64,000 bases of DNA from an uncultured Ilyobacter sp. (GTDB taxonomy: Bacteria > Fusobacteriota > Fusobacteriia > Fusobacteriales > Fusobacteriaceae): NCBI RefSeq assembly GCF_963668515.2, contig NZ_OY764863.2, positions 496,719 through 560,718 on the forward strand. Reading direction: 5' to 3'. Every line of letters starts with the position of its first letter. Positions within the stretch are counted from its first letter, which is position 1. Positions 21,599 to 30,580 of the stretch are shown in pieces. Made by a program: the position numbers and the translations under genes. The notes under the pieces were generated by a model. That model saw only the letters and a program-made list of their open reading frames with translations. It searched no databases and was not told the origin of the DNA.

Positions 21599-22973
21599 TT
21601 TCCTTCCCTCCTTCCCCATTCTGCCAGATCAGGACCTTGCTGCCGTCTCTAAGATGACTCAGATTACCAGAAGCTACAAGATCACCTTTATTTATCCCGG
21701 AACTGATTTCAACCATGGCATTAGATTCTACCCCTGTTGTAACAATTGTTTTTAAAGCTTTTTCATCTTTAATAACATAGATATATTTTTTTTCATTATC
21801 AATATTAATAAATTCTTTGGGAACTGTTAAAACATTGTCAGCTTTATCAACTATCAGCCTTATTCTGGCAAACATATCCTCTTTGAAAAAGTGTTCCCTA
21901 TTATCTAGCTCCACCTCTACAAGGGTAAGCCCTGAATTACCGCTTACAGATGGCATTATTTTACTTATTTCCCCTCTATACACCTCCCCCGGAATAGAAT
22001 CTATGGAAATCTCTGTTTCCATCTCTTCTTTAATGAGTGGTAGATCTCTATTTCCCACACCGAAGGTTATCTTTACACTGTCATCTATTCCAAATTTAAA
22101 TAGTCTCTCTCCTGAAGACACCATTTCTCCTGTCTCGGAAAAAAGATCCAGCACGACTCCGTCTTCCTCTGCCTTTATCCTGGTATATTCCCACTGATTT
22201 TTTGCATCTTCCAACTTATTTGAAGCAATTTCAAGATCTGCCCTTGCCTGATCCAGGTTTTTTTCAGCCATTCTGTTTTGTATTTTTATCTGATCCATTT
22301 CAAGTTTATATTTTTCAAGATCTATATTTACCCCTTCTTCCTGAGCTTTGATCTGTTCCAACTTGTATTTTGACTCTTTATAAAAATTTTCACTGTACTC
22401 GAAAGAGGATCTCGAAAGTGCTTCTTTTTCATATAGGGTCTTGTCCCTCAGGTAGTTTGATTTTTGTGTCTCAAAATTTGATTTTGCCTCAAGATATTTG
22501 TAGTGAATTTCCTTTTTATCAAGAGTTAAATTATCCAGAGTCAGAGATGATATTCTAATTTCTTTTATACTGTCTTCAAGATTAAGTTTTGCCTGTTCTA
22601 CCTTTATTTTTGCATTTTCTTTTTCATTTTGTGATACGTTCAATTTTATTTTTAAATCTTTATCATCAAGAGATGCAAGTAATTCACCTTTTTTTACCCT
22701 GTCTCCTTCGTCTACATATATCTTGTTTATTAATCCCCCTACTCTGGGAGAAATCATAACCTCTTTATCAAGTTTTACATGTCCTGTATAATTTAGACTC
22801 TTTATCAAAGTTTTTTCCCCCACCTTAAAGACCTCTACAGGAACTCTTTGATCTGATTTTTCACTAGAAATTTTAGGAGGAGTATTTTCTATTTTTCTTA
22901 TTATAGTTGTACTGAGCATTGTAATCATCATTATTGGTAATATAAGAAATAATTTTTGTCTGTCTTTTTTCAT
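21585..22973 (-). CDS. RND efflux membrane fusion protein (periplasmic adaptor)
   Basis: ISPRVGGLINKIYVDEGDRVKKGELLA lipoyl-like half motifs and a long coiled coil. Located in the RND operon. Confidence 0.92.
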   Translation of the reverse strand: MKKDRQKLFLILPIMMITMLSTTIIRKIENTPPKISSEKSDQRVPVEVFKVGEKTLIKSLNYTGHVKLDKEVMISPRVGGLINKIYVDEGDRVKKGELLASLDDKDLKIKLNVSQNEKENAKIKVEQAKLNLEDSIKEIRISSLTLDNLTLDKKEIHYKYLEAKSNFETQKSNYLRDKTLYEKEALSRSSFEYSENFYKESKYKLEQIKAQEEGVNIDLEKYKLEMDQIKIQNRMAEKNLDQARADLEIASNKLEDAKNQWEYTRIKAEEDGVVLDLFSETGEMVSSGERLFKFGIDDSVKITFGVGNRDLPLIKEEMETEISIDSIPGEVYRGEISKIMPSVSGNSGLTLVEVELDNREHFFKEDMFARIRLIVDKADNVLTVPKEFINIDNEKKYIYVIKDEKALKTIVTTGVESNAMVEISSGINKGDLVASGNLSHLRDGSKVLIWQNGEGGKENDLN

Positions 22974-24307
22974 ATTGAATCTCCTTTTAAAATATATTCT
23001 ATATCCCCAGAAGCTTTTCTCATTTCAAGTTCTGCCATTTTATATTGATAAACAGCTTCATAATAATCTGTCTTTACATCAAGAAGAAGATTCTGGGCAT
23101 CTATAATGTCAATAATTCTGTTTTTTTCAGCTTCATATTTTATTTTTTCTATTCTCAGGTTTTCTTCGGCATAACTTATACTTTTTTTAGCCCTTTTTAA
23201 ATTTACCAAAGCAGTTTTCATATCAAAATAAGCTTCACAAACTTCTAAATTTATACGAGACTTAAGTTCTTTGATTTTTTCATTTAACATATCTTCCTCT
23301 ATACGTGCCTGCTTCACTTTTGATAGAGCTGTTCCTCCTTGAAAGAAATAATATTTAAATTGAACTCCAGCATTCCAGTCATTAAAGGTTTCCAGATCGC
23401 TGTCCCCTTCCACGGTATAGTTCGCTATTAGATTTACTTCAGGTTTCATTTTGCCTTTATATACTTCAGTCATATATTTCATCTGAGATTTTTCTTTCTC
23501 CAGACTTAGATAATCTTTACGATTAATGAGGGCTTTAGCTGAAATATCTTCAAGCTTATAATCCTTAAAATCACCTTCATCTACTTCTCTTACAGTTACA
23601 GCACTTTCAGGTGGTATACCTGTCAAATGAAAGAGAAACAGATAACTACTTTTTAAGTCACTTTTAAGAGATTCTATCTCCTGTTCTGTTGTGAGTATCT
23701 CCACATCTACCTTTAAACCGTCTATTTTTATGGCCTTTCCCACATGAATATATTCATTTACTATTCTTTTTTCTTCAATTAGTTCATTTAAATGTTCATT
23801 ATTTGTTTTGATTAATTTCTCAGTTTCAAGTATTTGATAATATCTCTGAGCCACATCATATATAAGTTTATCCTTTTCCCAGCTAAAGTCCAGTTTACCA
23901 GATTCCAGTGCTGCAGAGGCTGCCTTTTGATTCATTATGAGGCTTCCCCCTTTATAAAGAGGAATCTCTAAAGAGACAACTCCAGAATACTCTTCATCGT
24001 CCTTTACATAATCCCCACTTACGCTGTTCCCGACGGCAGTAACTTCATCATAATTTTTATATGACATATCAAAACTTATTTTTCCAAATCTTTCACCCCG
24101 GGCTATATCCACATCTTTCTCCCTCACCTCGACACCATGTTTTTGGGACTTGAGATTATGATTATTTTTCAGAGCCTCTTTTATAAATTCATTTAAATTC
24201 ATATCATATCCTGCCGTTTTATCTTGGGCAAAAACAGGAGATACCGTTAAGATAAATAATATACTCCCAAAAGTATATAGCAATATGGATTTGATAGGAC
24301 TTTTCAT
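22970..24307 (-). CDS. TolC family outer membrane factor
   Basis: Signal peptide, two OEP repeats, and C-terminal DIIDAQ...ELRKASG. Confidence 0.9.
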   Translation of the reverse strand: MKSPIKSILLYTFGSILFILTVSPVFAQDKTAGYDMNLNEFIKEALKNNHNLKSQKHGVEVREKDVDIARGERFGKISFDMSYKNYDEVTAVGNSVSGDYVKDDEEYSGVVSLEIPLYKGGSLIMNQKAASAALESGKLDFSWEKDKLIYDVAQRYYQILETEKLIKTNNEHLNELIEEKRIVNEYIHVGKAIKIDGLKVDVEILTTEQEIESLKSDLKSSYLFLFHLTGIPPESAVTVREVDEGDFKDYKLEDISAKALINRKDYLSLEKEKSQMKYMTEVYKGKMKPEVNLIANYTVEGDSDLETFNDWNAGVQFKYYFFQGGTALSKVKQARIEEDMLNEKIKELKSRINLEVCEAYFDMKTALVNLKRAKKSISYAEENLRIEKIKYEAEKNRIIDIIDAQNLLLDVKTDYYEAVYQYKMAELEMRKASGDIEYILKGDSI

Positions 24308-24426
24308 AACATTACCTCCTTCTGAAGGACCATGTTTACAAGCTGAGTAGAAATTCTACAGGTATTTTTTAATACTTTTTCTGTCCCTGAAAAATCTTTT
24401 AATTTTCCTAAATTAATTGTATTCAT
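24304..24426 (-). CDS. 40-aa small ORF translationally coupled to the TolC gene
   Basis: AAAGGAG RBS, MNTINLGKLKDFSGTEKVLKNTCRISTQLVNMVLQKEVML. The stop overlaps the next start (ATGA). Confidence 0.45.
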   Translation of the reverse strand: MNTINLGKLKDFSGTEKVLKNTCRISTQLVNMVLQKEVML

Positions 24427-24527
24427 ATCGACTCCTTTATTTAAGCGTGTTTTTTCATTAAAAGACAAACATTGAATTGATCTCTAATAACTAAATTTTA
24501 TTTTATCACGAAAAACAATTAAATAAG

Positions 24528-24543
24528 CGTGACTTTAGTTACA
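24528..24543. promoter_or_regulatory. Putative Crp/Fnr-family binding site CGTGAC-N4-GTTACA
   Basis: CGTGACTTTAGTTACA in the divergent intergenic region between the RND operon and the nitroreductase. Confidence 0.55.
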
Positions 24544-24632
24544 TACTTATTAGAATATTTATAGTAATATCTTAGGTGTGTACTATAAAAAGATTGTTGA
24601 ATTTATTTATAAAAGTAAAAAGTGAGGTAAAA

Positions 24633-25196
24633 ATGGAGACAATATTAGATTTAATAAAAAATAGAAGGACAACTAGAGCATATAAGAAAATGATGATCTC
24701 AGAAGAAGAGTTAGGAAAAATTATTGAAGCTGGAATGTGGGCCCCAAGCGGACATAATAGACAGCCCTGGCATTTTACGATTATAGAAAATAAAGAAATA
24801 ATGAAAAAAATAAATTTAGATACCAAAGAAGCTTGCAAAAATTCTGATGATCCTTTATATCATGGGTGGGCAAATAATAGAGAATATGATGCATTTTACA
24901 ATGCACCACTGTTGATAATCCTTTCATACAGGAAAGATGCTTTTTCCCCTATAGACGATCTTGGGGCGGCAAGTCAAAACATGGGATTGGCAGCTGAATG
25001 TTTAGGTATAGGAAGCTGCTGGATTGGATTTATCAATAAATTATTTGAAAATAATTTTAAAAAACAGGATGAATATAGAAGTCTTTTAAATATTCCTGAT
25101 GCTTATACCCTACATCATGGTATGGTCTTTGGATATCCAAAAAAAGACAAATTGAGTCCCCAACCAAGGAGGGGAACTTTTAATAGAATAAAATAG
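24633..25196 (+). CDS. Nitroreductase family protein
   Basis: NRRTTRAY, APSGHNRQPWHF and AECLGIGSCWIG motifs. Start at METILD after GAGGT. Confidence 0.92.
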   Translation: METILDLIKNRRTTRAYKKMMISEEELGKIIEAGMWAPSGHNRQPWHFTIIENKEIMKKINLDTKEACKNSDDPLYHGWANNREYDAFYNAPLLIILSYRKDAFSPIDDLGAASQNMGLAAECLGIGSCWIGFINKLFENNFKKQDEYRSLLNIPDAYTLHHGMVFGYPKKDKLSPQPRRGTFNRIK

Positions 25197-25283
25197 TTTA
25201 TGAGAATAGCTGTCATTCAATAATTCTTTAGATTATAATTTCAGTAAAAAAACAATATTAAAATAAAAAAGGAGGAAAAAACG

Positions 25284-25616
25284 ATGATAGAAAAAGTATT
25301 TAAGATGTCGATGGAGGATAAAACTGTAGTAGAAAAATTGATTTTAGAGGATGATATACACTACATAAATATGGTATTTACTAAAGGCAAGGGGTTACCT
25401 CTACACTATTCAAATGCAGTTGTGCACATGACCGTAGTCAGGGGAAAACTATCCATCACTTTAGGGGATCAAGCTACAAAAGTATATGAAGCTGGAACAC
25501 TTTTAAAAATACCTTTTGATGTGAAGATGAATGTTAGAAATGAGCATGATGAGATTTTAGGACTTATAGTAATAAAAGCTCCAGGCCCAAAAGTCCCAGT
25601 AAAATATGTAAGATAA
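25284..25616 (+). CDS. Cupin domain protein
   Basis: GLPLHYSNAVVHMTVVRG...YEAGTLLKIPF cupin motifs. AGGAGG RBS. Confidence 0.8.
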   Translation: MIEKVFKMSMEDKTVVEKLILEDDIHYINMVFTKGKGLPLHYSNAVVHMTVVRGKLSITLGDQATKVYEAGTLLKIPFDVKMNVRNEHDEILGLIVIKAPGPKVPVKYVR

Positions 25617-25634
25617 AAATTCTCGAAACATCAT

Positions 25635-25690
25635 TACCCCTTTACACCAAGATAGAACCATATTTGGTATTAACCTGGTCTAAAGGGGTA
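25635..25690 (+). terminator. Intrinsic terminator after the cupin gene
   Basis: TACCCCTTTA...TAAAGGGGTA stem followed by a T-run. Confidence 0.7.
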
Positions 25691-25947
25691 TTTTTTTATA
25701 AAAAAACATAAGAAAATCCTATATACCCACACGATTTTGAAGTTGCCTAAACCACCATAACTTCTCTAGAACTCTCTAATAAAGGCATAGAACCAAAGTG
25801 TAACTTTCAACCAACACGGTCTAGTGAAAACCGGATCATTCTTAGCGTTTTATTTAAATTAGTTACATAACAAATAGTATATACTATTTGTTATATAACT
25901 ATTAAAAAAAATCTAAAGAATTTTAAAAATATAAAGGAGGTTAAATT

Positions 25948-26772
25948 TTGATTAAGAATTCAGAAACAGAAAGTTATCAAATTTCTATTTGCAATTTAGT
26001 TCCGTTTTTACTCATTACTTTTATAATAGCATGGACAATTATTGGTTCATATATATTTTTGACAGATAAAATGGTCAATATATTTGGTGAATTAACTGGT
26101 GAACATCCACTATTTTTCCTAGCGGTATACTCACCTGCAATCGCCGCCATCTTTGTTGTAGTCTACAATAGTGGGATCAAAGGTTTACGGGACTATTTTA
26201 CTCGTCTTTTGATTTGGCGCAGTACTAAGTCTTGGTATATTTTTTTGATTGTTGGTATTCCCGTTATTTTTATTGCGGGTTCTGCATTAAAGGGAAATTT
26301 ATTCACAGAACCTTTTCAATTTTCTTCTTTAAGTTCTATTTTAATGGCATTTTTATTAACTGCGATTAAAGGGCCCGTTGAAGAGCTGGGCTGGAGAGGT
26401 GTGATGCTTCCTCTGCTCCAACGGAAATTTACCCCTATATGCTCATCTATTATTCTTGGTATAATTTGGGGATTGTGGCATCTTCCTGCCTTTTTATTGA
26501 GCGGAACACCTCAAGGAGCCTGGTCATTTACTCCGTTTTTCTTTGGTGCTATTGCATTAAGCATAATAGTAACAGCACTATTCAACAGGTCAAAAGGAAG
26601 TATTTTACTTCCAATGTTACTCCATTTCTTTCTTAATAATCCAATTTGGCCTGATGCACAGCCTTATGATATTTACCTATTTGTTATTACTGCATTTTTG
26701 GTTATATGGTTTAACCGAAAAATTATGTTTAACAAAGAAGATGCTGTAAGGAGAGTTATTCCTCTACGGTAA
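25948..26772 (+). CDS. CPBP family intramembrane glutamic endopeptidase (CAAX/Abi-like)
   Basis: EELGWRG, WGLWHLP and HFFLNN motifs in a polytopic membrane protein. Confidence 0.9.
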   Translation: MIKNSETESYQISICNLVPFLLITFIIAWTIIGSYIFLTDKMVNIFGELTGEHPLFFLAVYSPAIAAIFVVVYNSGIKGLRDYFTRLLIWRSTKSWYIFLIVGIPVIFIAGSALKGNLFTEPFQFSSLSSILMAFLLTAIKGPVEELGWRGVMLPLLQRKFTPICSSIILGIIWGLWHLPAFLLSGTPQGAWSFTPFFFGAIALSIIVTALFNRSKGSILLPMLLHFFLNNPIWPDAQPYDIYLFVITAFLVIWFNRKIMFNKEDAVRRVIPLR

Positions 26773-26844
26773 TTATGATAAAATTATACAAATGATTATT
26801 ATAAATAAAAAATATTACTAATGAATAAAATGTCTTTACAGGCA

Positions 26845-26871
26845 AAAAGACAGGATTAAATCCTGTCTTTT
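26845..26871. terminator. Bidirectional terminator
   Basis: AAAAGACAGGA-TTAAA-TCCTGTCTTTT perfect inverted repeat between convergent genes. Confidence 0.75.
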
Positions 26872-27434
26872 AATGGAAAAGTTTTTATCAGTTCGTACTC
26901 GGAGCCGTGAGGAGTAAGGGTGCTCTTATATAGATGAAAATTTTCTATTCTAAAGCTTTCATTCTCTGCTATTTTATTGAGCCTTATTATTTCCTCCATA
27001 ATTTTTTGGCTTACTTTTCTGTCCCACTTTTTTATTCTACCCACTGTGAGGTGTCCTTTAAAGGGCTTTGAAGTGAGTTCATTTTTCTCCAATATTTCTC
27101 TGTTGGCCTCTATGAGGAACTTGCTGACCGAGGATAATCTCTTCTCCCCCTTTGAAAGCCCCTTCCAAATAATTCTTACATTTTTTCTTTTGTCGGCGAA
27201 ATAACCGAAATTTTTCATAGATACCTCTACGGGGGCAGACTTAAACTTTTCTACTTTTTCTATAATTCCCTGCAGCTCTTCCTCCTTAACTTCTCCTAAA
27301 AAAAGCAATGTCATATGAAGATTTTTTAATTTCACAAATTTACACGGGATTTTCATTTTTTCTAGCTCACAGATTTCATGCTTCAGTCTTTTCTTTATGT
27401 CTTCTGGTATGTCGACTGCAAAAAAAAGTCTCAT
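26856..27434 (-). CDS. thpR: RNA 2',3'-cyclic phosphodiesterase (2H phosphoesterase, 2'-5' RNA ligase family)
   Basis: MRLFFAVD start and two HxT motifs (HMTL, HLTV). Confidence 0.88.
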   Translation of the reverse strand: MRLFFAVDIPEDIKKRLKHEICELEKMKIPCKFVKLKNLHMTLLFLGEVKEEELQGIIEKVEKFKSAPVEVSMKNFGYFADKRKNVRIIWKGLSKGEKRLSSVSKFLIEANREILEKNELTSKPFKGHLTVGRIKKWDRKVSQKIMEEIIRLNKIAENESFRIENFHLYKSTLTPHGSEYELIKTFPLKDRI

Positions 27435-27436
27435 GT

Positions 27437-28072
27437 TTATCCTTTGTAAAAAGACCCATAAGTATTGTAGTACACCTTTGAAAAATCCATGTCCTCTTCA
27501 GTGTAGGCAGGTTTTTCCTGGTCAGGATACCCCGTGGCTAATACGGCTAGGACTCTTCTATCTTCTCCTGCAGAAAGTATCTCTTTTAATATAGTTTCGG
27601 ATCCTCCAGGTTTTGCATGGGACAGTTTCTTCAGTTTCTCACTGTCGTCTACCACTATGAATTCCCAAGGTTTTTTGCTTTTACCGCTTGCTGATAGCCC
27701 TGCCTTCAATACAGCCTGTATCTTTTCTGATTCCACCGCTTTTTTCCGGTATTTTATTATATTTGCAGAAGCACCGTCATTAAGAACCTCTAGTGCAAAC
27801 TCTAAATCAGCTCTTAACTTCTCCTCTTTATTTCCTAGTTCACCATATGCGTATTTCAAATCATGCCTTAAAGCAATCTCAGTTAAATGAGGAATATTGT
27901 GTAGTCTTGATAAAATTTCGTCATGGACCATTGAAGCACCGTCAAACTCCAATTCCTTAAAATCATCTTTATTTGCCTTTATACGTTTGGCTAAATAATC
28001 ATACCTAAATTCTTCACATAATTCTATTGCATAACTAGTTGTTACAATTTCACCAATTTTTGGAATTCTCAT
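27437..28072 (-). pseudogene. In-frame chimera: DUF1353-like N-terminus fused to an internally deleted nitroreductase
   Basis: N-terminal part has FDGAS...RHDLKY...RADLEF. The C-terminal part KAVESEKI...KPWEFIVVDD...LATGYPD lacks the RRS start and the central GLGSCW segment. Confidence 0.65.
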
Positions 28073-28111
28073 TCTCCCTCCTTGTATAAATAAAATTTTA
28101 ACCTCAAGACC

Positions 28112-28933
28112 CTATTCCCTAAATTTATTCAGCCAATTTTCAGTTTCTTCATGGGCAGCAAATTGGTCGAGCGTAGTTTCTATGACTTTTCGTGACTCGA
28201 AATCTACAAGCTCTTCATTTATAATACGATATAGTTCATCTAGAAGTTCTAAAGGAGTACTAGCCTCCTCGGATACAACTCTGCCTGAGGTTCCAAAAGC
28301 TTTTTCTGATATTTTTGTCAAAAAAATCAGCCAATTTTCTTTCTCTGATAAATCTCCATCAATATTTAGCTTTTCAAGCACTCTTCCTAAAGCAGCATCA
28401 GTTTTGGGACCATACCTTCCATCTATTTCAACTATATCATTAAAAACTTCAGAAATAACAGCCTGGAGAAAAACAATAATAGACCTAATTTTTCTAAATC
28501 CAACAACTTTTCCGTCATCCTGAATATGAAAATGGTCCCGGTGGGAAGAATTATAGTGATAATCCAATACCGTTCCAAAGTGCTTTCTTAAAACAGAATT
28601 TATTCCCAAATAAAACTTTGGATCCGAAGGATATCTAAGTGTTATAAAAGTTTTATTCTCCCAAAAGATACCATCTAAATCAAAGGCTTTCCCCATTCCG
28701 TGAAATCCTGGCTTTGCAGTGTATGCTCCAGCTGAGGTTATTACATCAGCTGGCCCAAAGGGGCATATCTCCCATAACTCTTTAAAACACTCTGATAAAT
28801 TCTTCTGAAATTCCTTTGTGACATGAAAGTTTGTAACTTTTCCACGAGTTCCATAATCATTTGGTGGCGATAACCTATCATAATGCACAGGTACTCCTGC
28901 AAGTTTCTTAAAATTGTTAGTTGGTTTTGCCAT
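28112..28933 (-). CDS. Extensin-like / M15-type Zn peptidase with a peptidoglycan-binding segment
   Basis: FHGMGKAFDLDG and HRDHFH Zn-ligand patterns, plus IDGRYGPKT (PG-binding-1-like). Confidence 0.6.
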   Translation of the reverse strand: MAKPTNNFKKLAGVPVHYDRLSPPNDYGTRGKVTNFHVTKEFQKNLSECFKELWEICPFGPADVITSAGAYTAKPGFHGMGKAFDLDGIFWENKTFITLRYPSDPKFYLGINSVLRKHFGTVLDYHYNSSHRDHFHIQDDGKVVGFRKIRSIIVFLQAVISEVFNDIVEIDGRYGPKTDAALGRVLEKLNIDGDLSEKENWLIFLTKISEKAFGTSGRVVSEEASTPLELLDELYRIINEELVDFESRKVIETTLDQFAAHEETENWLNKFRE

Positions 28934-29240
28934 TTTCCTCCTCCTTTAAATTTTTTTTCTTAGAACTTAGTTTTCCTCTCAGTTACTGTGAGTGTAGCTT
29001 AAACATTATTATCTAAAACTTTCTCTAAAACTTTTGTTAGCTGGTATCTTATTTGTTATGATCTTACCGTTTTGATCAAAAAAATTTGTTAGCTGGTTAC
29101 TTTATGATTACCAGAAATAAGCAATTACTCCTCCACAATAAATTTAACAAATGAAAAAAGTAGTTTTGTCAGAATAAAAAATGACTTTTATTTGTCTCAT
29201 TGATAAAGTTCTTTATTTTCACAGGAGGAATTTGAATACC

Positions 29241-29688
29241 TAACCCAAGTTGCTACTTAAAAAAAATTATTATAAATTACTGAATTTATCTGAATATTAA
29301 AATCAAAAGATTTTGTCACGAATGGACACTAATAAAAGATAGGGAAATTAACACGAATAAGGATAAAATCTTTTGGCCACAGAGGACGCAGAGAAAAAGA
29401 GGGAGTTTCACAGAATTAAAAGCAAAACTATAAATGTTTTTTTTGCGAGAGGTTTTTATCCCTTTTCCCTTGCCATTGACAAAATCAGCGTTAAGAATAA
29501 CTGCAGTGAAATCCTTAGAAAAAATCGACTGTTTGAGCGTAGCGAGTTTCGAGTTTTTCTTGGATTTTCAAGGTTATTTAGCTGATTTTTCACAGGCTTG
29601 AACTTTTGGTTACTTTTCTTTCAAGAGAAAAGTAACGAATCCCGATAAATTCAATACTTTAATTTAATCAAGGTAGCAACTTAGGTTA
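29241..29688. mobile_element. MITE-like repeat, copy 1 (448 bp)
   Basis: 16-bp TIR TAACCCAAGTTGCTAC / GTAGCAACTTAGGTTA, flanked by CC on both sides. Highly similar to 61548-61996. Confidence 0.8.
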
Positions 29689-30290
29689 CCTAATTTATAT
29701 AATTTATTTAAGACATTTGTTTTTAGTCGACGTCGGTTTTTTATATTGATTTATCACTATAGAATTATGGTGTATGTAAAAGGTTTAATGGGCTATTCTA
29801 ATTTTTTAATAGAAATTGCCTCTCTGAGCCTTAAAGAAGGCTATAGAGATGGAACCGGGATAGGAGCAGTTGGTTTTACTTCTAACAGGTTGGGAGCTGC
29901 CATGGGAGTTGCAGCCGACAGCATTAGTTGTGGCGAGTCCGGCAGGGAATGCTATATGGATTGCAGGATTAACATCTGGAACAACCTGTATTTTAGCAAC
30001 TCAAGAACAATTAGAAAATTCTATAATAAGTAACTCGACTTGTGCAAAAAATTAAAAATAGACAACTTTTTGAGGTAATATTAAGGTCACGACACCAAAA
30101 AACCTCAAGGAGTTGTCTACTCAATGAATATATTAACCCTTAATTCTGATTTTTTCAAATATTTTTTTAAACTTGATTGTAAATGGTCTCTGCCACAAAG
30201 AAAACTGTCCAACATATTGTAACCTATCCACGTCAGGAAAAATTCTTTAGCATTGTAAATCGGCATTTTCCTGACGGGACCCCTTTTAGT

Positions 30291-30392
30291 GTACATGAAG
30301 TTTAAATTTTCAGAGTCTTTAGAAAGTTTTTATGATAACTTCATAAAGAACGAAGATCAATATAAATCGAAAATAAGTAAAAAGACTCTATT
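30291..30392 (+). repeat. About 100-bp direct repeat, copy 1
   Basis: GTACATGAAGTTTAAATTTTCAG...GACTCTATT, nearly identical to 33881-33981. Confidence 0.9.
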
Positions 30393-30540
30393 CTTAAATT
30401 GTATAATTAATTGCAACAAAAAATGACCCATAGATATTTCTCCAATATGATGTGAGTGTGAAGAGACATTTAAAGGAGATTTTCTATGAGTCATAAATAT
30501 ACTATTAACGAATACAAACAGTTAAGTGCTATCTAAAGAG
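30393..30540 (+). mobile_element. Possible IS30-family left-end remnant
   Basis: TTGTATAATTAATTGCAAC end-like motif, then RBS and MSHKYTINEYKQLSAI*, resembling the YKQL start of IS30 transposases. Confidence 0.35.
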
Positions 30541-30580
30541 TTTTAAATTATAGACAAAGAAAACATTGGAAGTTTAGGAT

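Noticed and set aside
25652-25803. Two ATAGAACCA-containing matches to the CRISPR repeat core (possible mini-array or CreTA-like element)
   Set aside because: Only 11-15 nt match, the spacing is 135 bp, the first lies inside a terminator loop, and it is far from the cas genes.
29373-29585. 70-aa ORF
   Set aside because: It lies wholly inside the MITE-like repeat and has no RBS or protein features.
29746-30055. Two overlapping small ORFs, possibly a bacteriocin or frameshifted membrane protein
   Set aside because: No clear RBS, leader motif or recognisable family. At most a decayed fragment.
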